From Hyaloraphidium curvatum SAG 235-1 (lineage: Eukaryota; Fungi; Monoblepharomycota), in NCBI GenBank assembly GCA_025558095.1, contig JAIVFI010000003.1:558001-622000 (forward strand): 64,000 nucleotides of DNA, in the 5' to 3' direction. Each line of letters begins with the position of its first letter. The first letter of the stretch is position 1. The position numbers and the translations under genes are program-made. The notes beneath the pieces are model-generated. The model searched no databases and was not told the origin of the DNA. It saw only the letters and a list, made by a program, of their open reading frames with translations. Below, one piece after another: positions 27,237 through 38,409 of this stretch.

Positions 27237-27483
27237 CCGGACGGGGGCCCGGATGCAAACCGGACTGGACTTGAGCCAGAGCAAACAGCACGATACCCGA
27301 TCGTATCTTCAGACACAGCTATATGTAACCTACGCACGATACCACAAAACACCTGATACCTCATCGCTGTGAGTGTCCGTGTCCGGGTCCCAGACGAGAG
27401 ATCGGTGAGGCGGCCGCTTCGAGACGCGTCGCCCAAACATCCACTCCGGACGCCCGTTGCGACGCGTCCCTCGCCTACTTCAC

Positions 27484-28328
27484 ATGCCGCCCCGGCACCC
27501 CGCGTTCGCTGCCGCGTTTCCGCGCCCGCTCCGGACCGCCGCCCCGAGCGGTCCCGGCCCCGCCCCCGTCGGCCCGGGACGGCCGCACCGCTCCGTCCAT
27601 CGCGCGCCGCCGCACGCCTCCCCCGCGCGCGTCCGCCGCCTCTCCTCGTCCCCTCCCTCCCCCGCGGCCCGCCCGTCACGGGAATACTTCTACCACGTCG
27701 ACGTGCACGGCCAGCTCTTCCTCCGTAGGCCGCCCTCCGTACGGCCGCCCCAGCTTGGCTGAGCGACCTCCGCCCGGCCGCCCCGCCCAGACGAAACGAA
27801 AATCAAGAACTTCACCTCGTGCTTCAAAGACCCGGCGTTCCTGCGGTTCTTTTTCACGCGGCTGCGGGCGTGCAGGCCCGGGGAGGGCCCCGGGGGTTGG
27901 CCGTGGGTGAGCCCGTGCGGGGGGGAGAGGAACTACGTGCGCAGCGAGGACGTGCCGATCGTCTACACGGATCTCGTGGAACGGCAAGGCGGGAAGTGGA
28001 TGCTGCTCTGGGCGGGGACGGAGGAGGTGCGTCCGGGGGCCGAGGGCGGCTGTGCCGGCCGATCCGCAACAATTGATCCCGCGCCGGCCAGGTGCCCTTC
28101 GATCCCTCGCGCGTGCACGTCTCCCCGCGGGGGTACATGTACCATCCCTCGCCTTCCGCGGTGGGGACGGCGCCGGACCGGGGGCTGCCGCCGCTGGCGC
28201 TGCTGCGGAGCGCGGCGGCGCTGAAGCACCTCGGCCCGCGGCTCGGCGCGGGCGGGCTGCGGTGGGAGGGGGAGGAGCATCCGCTCGTGGAGCTGGATGG
28301 CGAGCCGGGGGAGGGGATGGGGGGTTGA
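27484..28328 (+). CDS. UPF0598/C8orf82-like (DUF4505) protein, multi-exon
   Basis: REYFYHVDVHGQLFL|DETKIKNFTSCFKD..FLRFFF, SPCGGERNYVRSEDVPIVY, GYMYHP. Confidence 0.88.
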
Positions 28329-29540
28329 TTTGCTGCGGGGGGAGAACGGATCTCGGGTCGTCCCGGGGCTGCACTCACCCAGCCGCCTCGATGAAATTCG
28401 CCGGGCGTCTCCCACGACGTTGGGCGGCGGAGGCCAGGCATCCGCGTGCCCCGGCCCCAGGGATGGGGCGATGGAAGGCCGGCTTTTTGATGCGGGGGCC
28501 GGCGCCGGGCAGGAGGCCCCGCGCTCGACGGGAGGGGGACATCACGTGAAGGGTGTTCAGCCGCTCGTTGAGCAATCGACGGGTTCGGGGCTTCCACTTG
28601 GGGATGGGGTGTTCGGGCGCCCAGGACGGGTGCGGGACGCCTTCTCGCCCGCGATCCGGTCGTTTCCGAACGGGCAATGTGTCGCGCGGGGGCGGGAGAC
28701 GCGGTTGAGGCGGCGGGCGGATGGCGGTCGGGGCTCTTTCGGGCGGTGGCCGCGGCGCGGCGGACGGGGCGCGCGCCGGTGCATGCAATTCCGCGTCACG
28801 CCGCAGCGCGTTTCTGATCCGTGTACACGGCCAATCGATGCATTCGCAGCGGTGCGCGGGCGAAGCCGAGTTTGGTTTGGCACGGCGTCTTTTTCGGTTT
28901 GCCGACACCGACCGATCCAGCCCATCTCTGCCACTGCGTCCGGCCAAACACGGCGCGGCGGGGTCCGCGGGGGCCGCAGGTGAGCGCACCCACGAGAGCG
29001 GCATGCGCGCGGGGCGGGGCGGGGCGGGCTGCGCGGCGCGGGGGCGGCCGGGAGGGCGAGCCGGCCAAACAACGCGGCGGCGTCGGGGCGGCGGCCGCTC
29101 CCGTGCGCGCGCGGCCGGCGCACGCGTTGCCTGCCGGTCGGCGATGCCGCGATGGCGCGCGGCGCGGCGGCGCGGGCTGCGGGTGCCGCGGGGCCCCGCC
29201 GGTCGGCCCCGCACGTGCGGCGGCCGCCGGCGATCGCGCGCACGCGGCGCCGCCCATCGCGGTGCCGCGGCCGCCGCGCGATCCGCCGCATCCGATCTGC
29301 CCGCGCTGGAGCCGCCGCCGGGGTGCCGCCCGCCGGGGCTGCCGGCCCTCCCGCACCGGCTGCGGTGGCGCAATGCCGCCCCGCATCGCCGCCCCCTCGT
29401 TCCGCCCGGCTCGCGAGCTACTGCTGACTCCTGTCCCTCCCGCCCCTCTATTTCCGCAGATCTCGTGCCCCGGGCCGCGTCGTGCGACCGGCCGCCCCCG
29501 AGCCCGCCCCGCCCGCCCGCACAACACGGCACCCCCAAGC

Positions 29541-31466
29541 ATGGCGGGCCCGTACGCTTTCGGCGGGGCATTCGACGGCCTGCAGCAGGTGCAGCCGTAC
29601 GGCTATCCGCCGTTCGACCAGCAGTGGCCGCCGGACGACGTGCCCTACGCACGCGGATACCCGCAGCAGGCCGCACCGTACCACCAGATGGACCGCTTCG
29701 CCGGCTTCCACGACCAGCAGCCCGGCTACCCCCCGCAGCGCATGCACTCGCCCGCGGGTTTCGCGGACCCGATGCAGGCGCGGCACCGCCTGGGCCCGGC
29801 GAGGGGCATGCGCGGGCTGCCCGTGCCGGCGGGCTACCAGGACTTTGACGCGTTCGGCGCCGCGGCGGCCGCTGCGGCCGCCGCGGGGTACTACCCCGAC
29901 GTGCAGGCCAAGCTCGAGCCCGTGGACACGCTGCACGTCTCGACGCCGCACGACCGCAGCCTGGACCGCGCCGACCTGTGCGACATCTTCTTCGCCATGC
30001 CCGCAATGAAAAAGATCAGCTTCCACGAGAACTACGTGTTCGTCCTCTTCGACAGCGTGGCCGCGGCGAGGAACGCCATGCTGGCGCTGCAGCAGGGGCA
30101 GGCCGGGCCAAAGGCCACGCTGCTCACCGTCACGTTCGCGCGCCAGTCGTACCGCGACAACTACTACCACCCGGACGAGGTGTACCTGCCCAGCAAGCGC
30201 CTGCATCTGACGCACGTGCGTGGATTTCCCTGCGCATGCCGTGATCGACGAGCTGACTCCTTCCGTGCATCTTCGGCTTTCCGAATAACCTGCCTCCCTT
30301 CCTGCCGTCCCTTCCTGCCGTGCATCATCGCTGCCCCCTTTGGCGAATAGTTCCCGAAAAACACGCAGGCGCGCGAGCTCGAGCGCATCTTTTCGCGGTA
30401 CCGCGGCTTCGAGCGCCTCGAGCACAACATCAAGTGGGCCTACGTCGACTTTGTGCACGAGAACTTTGCCAAGGAGGCCATGGAGGAGCTCAACACGCAC
30501 ACAAACCTGATCGTCTCGTACGCCAAGCCCGGCGCCGGCGATATGCGCGCGCAGCAGAGCCGCGCCGAGGCCGTCTGGGCCATGCAGTACGCCGCCCGCC
30601 TGCGCGGGCTGGGCTTCGACGGGGACGGGTACAAGCGCGCCGCGCCGCCGCGCATGCCGACGCTCGAGGAGCTCCGCGCGTCGCCGGCCGGCGTCGCCGA
30701 GCTGGGCCAGATCCTGCACCAGCTGTCGCTGGCGGACGCGGCCAAGCGCGGCGGGTCGCCGGCGTTCGACGTGCTAGCGAGGCCGCGCACGGCGTCGTCG
30801 AGCCCGGGGCTGCTGCCGGCGGAGAGGCACCCGTCGGGTCCGCTGCTGGCCGCCAAGGACCTGCAGGTTCGTCGCGTCGCGATGCATGCGATCCTGTGCG
30901 CCGGCTGACCTGCTTGTACCCTCGTTTCCCTCAATCTTCCGTGCCCCTCCATGCTCCTTCGTCGCATGCGCCAGATCGAGGACGGCGGCGGCGACTACCG
31001 CATCACGATGGAGCCGCGGCCGGCCCACGCCGTGGACCGCTCCGTCTCGGTGTCGCCGCTCTCGATGCGCGAGGCGCCCGCGATCATGCAGACCTCCGCC
31101 ACCCCCGTGGCCAAGCACGGCATCATCCGGCGCCCGACCGGGGACGGCGAGCAGAAGGACAGCTGGTCTGGCCTCTCGACGCCCGGCGCGAGCCCGACCA
31201 CGTCGCCGCCGCTGGCCCGCGACTCGGCCTTTGCCTCGAGCGCCGAGACGCTGCTCTACCCCGCCGAGTCGCCCTACTCGTCGCCCACGCTGTCGTCCGT
31301 CTCGGATGAGATCAGGGAGCGCCAGCGGGCCAAGGACGCCGCGCACTCGGACGGCGAGTCGGGGTGGAGCTTTTTCAAGCATGGCATGGACATTGCCCGC
31401 TCGCGCGGGGGGTCCGACTCGGAGGACGACCTGGACTCCGAAAAGACGACGGCCGAGACGGCCTGA
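29541..31466 (+). CDS. RNA-binding protein with two RRMs, multi-exon
   Basis: RNP-like NYVFVLFDS...VTFAR and WAYVDFVH...VSYAK. P/Y/Q-rich N-terminus. Confidence 0.8.
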
Positions 31467-32036
31467 AGGGATCGGGGCCCGGCGCCCGCGCAGAGGGGGG
31501 GCGCGGGCGCCGGCGGCACTTTTGAAACGCGTGGTTATCTGGGGAAAACGTCTTTATTTGGAACTGTTCTGCGTCTTCAGCACCTGTCATCATGGCTTTT
31601 GGTCGCCGCGAGCTTTTGTCAGCAAAAAGGGGCCTTTCGTCGCACACTGCCATCGCCCCGGAGGGGGGCAACGAAGCGGGCCGCGGCGCCGCGCCGTGGG
31701 GGCGGGCGCCGCGGCCGGGATACCTGCACATAATCACACGCTGACTCTCCTTCATCACTCCCTGTGCTCCGGCCGCGCCGACACGGCGGCGCGGCCCCAT
31801 ACCCGAGATTCTGGCTCTGGCAGGTGCGCGGGACGGTCACGGAAACAAGAACAAGAGGGGTCGGATGTACACTAAGAGAATACCTTTGTAGTCCTAAACC
31901 TGGGTCGAACTATAGAACACAACAGTGTCGGTTTGTTCTACGTATTCCCGGCTGCTATCAAGGGCAGAGGTGCGTGTGATCACGAAAAATCACTTCCTCG
32001 TCCGCCCTCCAATTCAGCACGCTGCCAGCCCCAAAA

Positions 32037-32941
32037 ATGCTCGCCACCGACGCTCCCGAGGCCACCACTGCCCCTGCTGCTCCCACCGAGCTCGAGGTCA
32101 AACTCGTCGCCCTGGACGGGAAGTGCGTCTTCGCGATGGCGGGCCCGCGGGGCCGAGGACGGCCGTCCCGCCCTGGGCCCGTGCCGGGTTCCCGGCCCGA
32201 GCAAAACCGTGCTGACCTTTCTCCCACCTTTTTGCTTGCCACGATGTGGCCCGCAGCTCGTTCACGGTCCCCTTTTCGGTGCGTGCTTCGATGAGCGCCC
32301 CGCGACCGCGGTCCCAACCTGCTTCCTCCAGCTCCTCAAGTCGGCCGAGAAGCTCGCCGTCTACATCCAAGGCGAGCTGACCAAGAAGAAGGCCGCGGGC
32401 GAGTCGAACGCGCCCATCGAGGTCAAAGTGCCGCATTGCACCTCGTTCACGATTGAACAGGTAGGTTCCTCGCTCAACGCCAACTTCTTGTGTCGCTGAT
32501 CCGCCGAAACAGGTGCTCCGGTGGCTCGAAATCCACGCCGACGACGCGCCCTACGACGAAAAGACCTTCGTGCCCGACATCACCCCCTACGCGGAGCTGT
32601 CCGAGGCCGACCTGGTCCAGTTCATGCTCGCGGCCGACATCTTCGGGATCCCCGCCCTCGCGCACACCGCCGGAGCAAAGTTCGCGTGGGTTTGGTCGCT
32701 GTATCGGGTGATCCGTGCACCGACGCCCTTTCCCATTTTCAGGGAGTTGCTCAACAACAGCGAGGACCCGCAGAAGCTGCTGGACATGCTCAACCCCGAG
32801 GAGCTCGAGGAGGTCGAGGTCGCCGATGAAGACATGGAGGAGGGTGGGGACGAGGCCGCAGTGAGCGCCATCGCCGCCGCGGCGGCCTCGGCGCCCAAAC
32901 CGGAGGAGGCCGAGAAGGCCGAGGAGCCCGCGGACAAGTGA
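32037..32941 (+). CDS. Divergent Skp1/BTB-POZ family protein, multi-exon
   Basis: VKLVALDG, IEVKVP...VLRWLEIH, LVQFMLAADIFGIPAL resemble Skp1 motifs. Confidence 0.65.
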
Positions 32942-33197
32942 GGAGAAGCAATCAAGGTGCACGATGTAAAATCCAGCTTTGCACGAATCGAGGAACGGAA
33001 AGGACTCTGTTTCGACGTCGCTAGTCGTTGAAGTTATGAAGGACAGCCATATGCATAAATCGACGAAGCATGCCAGAGTCTGCCTGCAGTGCAGCAGAGC
33101 GCTGAAGAGGAGAGGTGTCGAGAGAGTTTTGGGTATCGGTTGGGCGAACGGTGGTCGCATCGTGGTGGTCGGCTTTTGGCGAGATCACGGGATCCAT

Positions 33198-34661
33198 TCA
33201 AGCGTTCTTTGGGCCGAGCACGCTGCGGCCTTGCTCGCGCTTGAGGGCTTCCATGTTGGCGACGACCTTGAGCTGTGGAACGAGAGGTGAGCGACCAAGC
33301 CGGGGAAGCCAGGACAGGGCCACCAACCAAAGCCTCGCGGACAAGAGGCGGAGCAGCCGCGCCGCGCTGGTACGTCGAGGCCCCCGTCGCCGGCACGGCT
33401 TGGATGGCAGGACCCCTCGACTCCCCGAGCTTGGGCTTGGCCGGCTCGGTCCCCGCCGCGCGCGCGTAGCCTTGGCCGATCACCCCAGGATTGCCCGTTT
33501 TCTCTCCCTTGGAAGTCCTGATCGGCGTCTCGCTCGTGAACGGATCGTCCTTGGGCTCCTTCATGCGCACGGCCTGGGCGACGCCGGAGGAGATGAAGGA
33601 CCACGGGCCGAGGGTCTGCTCGCGCCGCCAGTTCTCGGGCTCCGGGGGCCTCGGGCGCTCCTCCTCCTTGCGGTTCGAGAGCGCGCACGAGATCTTGCGC
33701 GGGCCGACCTTGCGGTGGTTCATGGCGGCGACGGCCTGCTTGGCAGACGCGGGATTGGAGTAGCAGACGAACCCGTAGCCCTGCCGCGAACGGTGAGTTG
33801 CATTGTAAGCACGATCATGGCTCAGTGACGTGATCGCTTACCCTGTGCGCACCCGAGGCGTCGCGCACGATGCGGACGCTGACGATCTCGCCAAATGCGG
33901 TGAAGAGGTAGTAAAGGACCTGCGCGACGGCAATGCTGGGTCAGCAGATCGATCGTGCTTTCGAGTCACCCAGGCAACACACCTTTTCATCGACGCCCGC
34001 ATCGAGGTTCTTCACGTAGATGTTGCTGTCGGGGTCGATGATCTTGCTGGCGACGCCCGGGGCGATCTGAGGCACGCGGCTGGCGTTCTTGGCGTTTTGG
34101 AGCACGTTCTGGGGCACCGAGGCCCGCATGGTGAGTCCGCTCAGGAGCAGGCCGTGGAGTTTCCTGTACGCTTCGGTGGCTGTATTGAGAGTCAGAAAGC
34201 AGAAAAGGTTAGACGGGTCGACTTGATCGTGAGGTCGACTCACCGTCGAATTCGTCTTCGAAGTAGAGCGTAGCGTACGCCGGATCCACGTCCCTGACGA
34301 GCTCGATCTTGGCGGCATGGAGAGGCTCGAGGACGCTGGCCAGCTTCGCCTGTAATTGCAAGGGCGCCGGGCGATCAGTGCGGTTGATCGGCGGGTGCGA
34401 AAGGGCTGCCGTGGACCGCAGGTGCAGTACCTCAGAGACCTTGGTGGAGATGTTGGAAAGGAACACCTTGACCAACTCGTGGTGCGGTCCGTCGAGCGCG
34501 TCAGCCCCGTCCGCGAAGCCGTCGTTGCCGTCCCCGAACTGCGGCTGGTCGGGCGACGAGTTCAGCGCGGTTGCGGCTGTGGAGGTCGGCGGCGACTCGG
34601 GCAGCGGAAGCGCAGGCAGCTGCTTGTCCGCGAGCGCGGTGAACGGGCGAGCGGAAGCCAT
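33198..34661 (-). CDS. RNA-binding protein with two RRMs, multi-exon
   Basis: VFLSNIS, NIYVKNLD, FTAFGEIVSVRIVRD, YGFVCYS...AVAAMN. Confidence 0.85.
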
Positions 34662-34937
34662 TGCGGCGGTGCGCGGGCGAGGTGCGGAGCGGAGCGGCGT
34701 GTGAAGCGACGCGCGACGTGACACTGCGCGGCACGGCCAGGGCACGGCGCGCGCTGCAGAACACGCGGTGAACGAGATCGCCCGAGCGCACGGTCGGCTC
34801 GTCTGGCGCGTCGGGCTCGAGAGGGGAGCGGTTTTGACGGTGGTCGTGACTGATCGACCCATCGCCTCACCCCCGCGCTCAATGACCAACCATAAGGCTT
34901 CTCGTCCAGTCTGAAACTCTATCATTCTCCGCGTCTA

Positions 34938-35864
34938 TTACAGTTTGCTACTGATCAGCGGCACAGCGGCCCCTCCGTTAATCTCTGCGGGCTCGGCAAG
35001 CACTCGTTCGAGAAGACCGTTAAACTCTTCGGCCTTCTCATACATTGCCCAGTGCCCCGCTCCCTTGATGATGGTCTTGCTCATGACGTTGGGAAGCCCA
35101 TCAAGGACCTGCCACAGCTCGTCCAGCTTCCCCAGGTAGAGAAAGTCCTTCTCGCCGTAGATCGCGTCGAGCCTCGTTTGGGGGCGCTTCTTCAGCGCCT
35201 GCAGCGCAGCATCCGTCCCCAAAGCCGGTCCGCGCTTCCGCATCCTATCGCGCTCCTGGTTCCATTGGTGAAGCCAGACCGCGAGATCGTCCGCGGCGGC
35301 GGGATCCGCAACCATCAGAATCTCAAGATTCCTGCGGTGCGCGGCGGGTCGCTCGGCAGGCGGCAGCTGCGTCCATGGCACCAGCTTCGGCCTCGGGCCG
35401 CGCACGCCAAACGCGGGAGCACCGACGAGCACCAAGCGGCGCACGAGCGACTCGTCGAGATCGAGAACGAGCGATCCCATCATCCCGCCAAAGGAGAATC
35501 CGACAATGTCCGCAGGACGTCCATCGAGGATGCGACGCAACCCGGCCACCACATGCGGGGCCGCCTCGAACACGCCCCCGCCCCCCGGCACGGGAAGAGC
35601 GTCCGAGTCGCCAAAGCCGGGGAGATCGGGAACAATAACGAGGCGCTCACGCGCGAAGCGGGGGATGTTCCGAATCCAATGAGTCCAGCTCCCCGATCCC
35701 CCATGAAAGAACACCAGGGGAGCAGTTCCTGCCACGGGCGTCCCCCAAGTCCTCCACACGACAGTCACTCCGTCGTTGTGTGTCTCGGAGACCGTCGAGG
35801 CGGCGAGGAGCGCGGAGATTTCATCGGGCACCGGAGACGGCGGAGAGCTAGCCTTGCGCTGCAT
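34938..35864 (-). CDS. Alpha/beta-hydrolase with C-terminal PTS1 (SKL), intronless
   Basis: FFHGGSGSWTHW, DLPGFGDS, nucleophile motif GFSFGG, GAGHW, ends SSKL-stop. Confidence 0.9.
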   Translation of the reverse strand: MQRKASSPPSPVPDEISALLAASTVSETHNDGVTVVWRTWGTPVAGTAPLVFFHGGSGSWTHWIRNIPRFARERLVIVPDLPGFGDSDALPVPGGGGVFEAAPHVVAGLRRILDGRPADIVGFSFGGMMGSLVLDLDESLVRRLVLVGAPAFGVRGPRPKLVPWTQLPPAERPAAHRRNLEILMVADPAAADDLAVWLHQWNQERDRMRKRGPALGTDAALQALKKRPQTRLDAIYGEKDFLYLGKLDELWQVLDGLPNVMSKTIIKGAGHWAMYEKAEEFNGLLERVLAEPAEINGGAAVPLISSKL

Positions 35865-36033
35865 TGCTGAGCGATTTGCTTTGAAACTCTCGGCCCGAGA
35901 GGAGCCGGAACTGTGGCGCGAGTTTTCGCTAGGACGCTCTAAGGCACTTTCTTCGGGGTTAGGGCGTTCCTCGTAGTTGCGCTCGCCCTGCCTCGAAGTC
36001 TTGCTCATCGACCTCGCACCTTGCCCGACCGCC

Positions 36034-36576
36034 ATGGGAATCGTCCGCTCGCTCCTCGGCCCCGGCGAACGCGCCATCCGCGCGAAGGCCATCGCCGACC
36101 GCATGTTCTGGCAGGTGAGCAGCGCGGGCGCCACGCGGGCCCCCACAGGCGCGGGCACATCTCGGCGCCGCGCACCGGACGCGGATTCCCTGGGAGCGGG
36201 CTGTTGAATCGGCGCTGTGCGGCGCACGGGGGAGGGACGGCGCGGGCATCCGCCGTCGCGGGCGCCGGATGACGCACCGCGGGCCGGACCGCCGGGGAGC
36301 ACTCTGGCGGCACGCATCCGGAGCTTGGCGCGGCTCGTTGGACCTCCGGAGCACGGAACAACATCTGACGGACTTGTTCTGGTGCAGCAACCGAGCGACG
36401 TGCCCGTCTTCCTCCGCGGGAGGGGCGACAAGGGCTACTACACCGTCTCCTACGGCCTCGCCCTCGGCGGCGTCCTGTACGCCTTTGTCTGCGCTGCCCA
36501 GATGGCTCTGGTTGGTGTCCATTGGACCGGATGCTGAGTCGCTTTCTCACGCCGCGTCCCACCGCAGAGGAAGTGA
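36034..36576 (+). CDS. Cytochrome c oxidase subunit VIIa (COX7A)-like small membrane protein, 3 exons
   Basis: MFWQ|QPSDVPVFLRGRGDKGYYTVSYGLALGGVLYAF resembles COX7A (FQ..DIPLYLKGG.D..LY..T..L..GG..Y). Introns 36115-36387 and 36511-36567. Confidence 0.65.
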
Positions 36577-36679
36577 ACGGCTTCGGGGACCTTGCGGGCA
36601 TTGCGCGATGTGCTCCTCGGACGCAGATCGCTCCGTGTAGGCGCGGGGGCTTCTGTTAACACTACTGCCATATTGCTTT

Positions 36680-38224
36680 TCACACTGCAACATTGGCTCC
36701 TGCCAGGGCCGCCGTCTCCTTCTTTTTCTGGCCATGGCGGATGCCCGCATCCCCGTCCCCCTGCGCAGCACCGACGCCGGCCGTCCCATTGGAAAGCATG
36801 AATTCGCCCTTGAGCCTGCAAAACTTCCAGTGCTGCCAAAGTGCCCTGCGCTCGATGAAGCACCGTCCGCATCCGTCCTCCGCGGTCCGCGGACAGCGCA
36901 TCTCGAGCCCCAGCACAGGCTTCAGGTTCTCGAGATGCATCTGCATGCCCCACGGCTGGTCGACTACCGCCAGGCCGCATGTCCCGCACGGGAAAAAGTC
37001 GTAACCCGCGTCCTCCTTCTCGAGGCCGTTCCTCCTCCCCGCCTCCTCCTCGTCCGCACCCTCTTCTCCGAAAAGCGCGACCAGTTCGCCGCGCGAGACC
37101 CGGTCATGCTTGTTGGTCCGGTGCTGGAACAGTCGGTGTTCGGAGCCGTATCGGCGACCGCAGTCTTCGCAGACGTGCTTGAGCTCCGGCTCCGGCGACC
37201 AGTCCGCTCCTTCGACCTGCAGCACGTGGATCTGGTACACGTGCGAGCCATGGGCACGGGCGGTCGCAAAAGTCCTCGGGCAGTGCGGGCAGGCAAAGGG
37301 TTTCGCAGCGGTTGCAGGTGCAGCTTGCCGTTTTGCGGCTGGGGAAGGCCTCGCATCTTCGGAGGAGGCAGGCGACAATCGTCCATCCACCGCGCCTTCC
37401 GCCTCTCCCAATGCTTCTCCATTTGCGTCCCCTGCGACCTCCTGGCCCTGACCCGGGGCTACCTGGCCCTCCTCGGCAAACACCCAGCACCAGCTCCTCA
37501 TCTCGCTCCCCGTGTGCTTCCTCGTCTTTTCGTTCTTGAAGCTCTGGCCCGTCTTGTTCCTTTTCGGCTCGTAGCCCGGGTATTCGCGCTCGTCGAAGCC
37601 CTCCTTGGACCGGTGCGCCAGGAGTCCGCCCTTGGTCGCCTGCGAGACAATCTCCCACCGCCCGTCCTGTCCTTCGAGCAAAGACACCTGTACCCTGCCC
37701 CCGGACACAATCCGGCCCGCTGCGCTCCGGAAAAAGTGGGCGAGCAGGCACCGGTGCAGCCGGAAGTCTTCGGTTCCCAGATGCGGATGGTTCCATGCGA
37801 TGCGGTCGAAGCGCGTCCGCGGGAAAACCGAGTCCAGGTCCCACGCATTGACTTCATGCATCACCCGCGAAGCGTCGTCCGAGTCGGGCGGCACGCCGAT
37901 GCGCAGTGAGGCGGCTTCGCAGGCCTGGTCCAGCGAAGCCAGCAGAACACGGGAGTCGTGGTACTTAGACACCACCTGGGCTCGCGTGTCGAAAGAGGTC
38001 GCCACAAGCTGAACGAGGTGCGGCCGCGTGCGGTACAGGTCCGGAAGATCCAGGAAGAACGCGGCGGGGCCGGCCACCTCCCGTTCGTCCCAAAGGAAGT
38101 GCGCAAGTGCTCTCGCAAAGGCAAAGTTGCCCTCGCCGAGGAGGAGCACGCGGAACAGGGGCAGCCCTTCGTAAAGAAGGGATTCGGCGGGGCCGTCCGG
38201 CCCTGGCTCTGCCGTAGCGGTCAT
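36680..38224 (-). CDS. Bmt5-like (DUF2431) rRNA methyltransferase domain fused to C2H2 zinc fingers
   Basis: LLLGEGNFAFARAL, ATSFD, FDRIAWNHPH. Fingers include CPHC..H..H and CEDC..H..H. Confidence 0.8.
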   Translation of the reverse strand: MTATAEPGPDGPAESLLYEGLPLFRVLLLGEGNFAFARALAHFLWDEREVAGPAAFFLDLPDLYRTRPHLVQLVATSFDTRAQVVSKYHDSRVLLASLDQACEAASLRIGVPPDSDDASRVMHEVNAWDLDSVFPRTRFDRIAWNHPHLGTEDFRLHRCLLAHFFRSAAGRIVSGGRVQVSLLEGQDGRWEIVSQATKGGLLAHRSKEGFDEREYPGYEPKRNKTGQSFKNEKTRKHTGSEMRSWCWVFAEEGQVAPGQGQEVAGDANGEALGEAEGAVDGRLSPASSEDARPSPAAKRQAAPATAAKPFACPHCPRTFATARAHGSHVYQIHVLQVEGADWSPEPELKHVCEDCGRRYGSEHRLFQHRTNKHDRVSRGELVALFGEEGADEEEAGRRNGLEKEDAGYDFFPCGTCGLAVVDQPWGMQMHLENLKPVLGLEMRCPRTAEDGCGRCFIERRALWQHWKFCRLKGEFMLSNGTAGVGAAQGDGDAGIRHGQKKKETAALAGANVAV

Positions 38225-38409
38225 TGCGGAGGACTGAAAATCAGGGAGTCGTTCAGTTGACTTCTTTGCTTCGCCGGACAGTCAGAGATCGGACGATGTC
38301 AGGGCGTCTTGGCAACATTTTCACGCGAAGATCAGCTCGCAATGTCATTTTCACAGTGGCAATCGCCAATAGAAGACAAGAATCCGCCACTTTTGCCCGG
38401 CCGCCCCGA

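Noticed and set aside
28375-30006. 543-aa minus-strand ORF and other overlapping R/A/P/G-rich ORFs
   Set aside because: Shadow ORFs from extreme GC content. They have no motifs and overlap the RRM gene and its UTR.
35865-36431. N-terminal extension of the 497-aa hydrolase ORF
   Set aside because: Overlaps the divergent COX7A-like gene and is low complexity; the real start is probably 35864.
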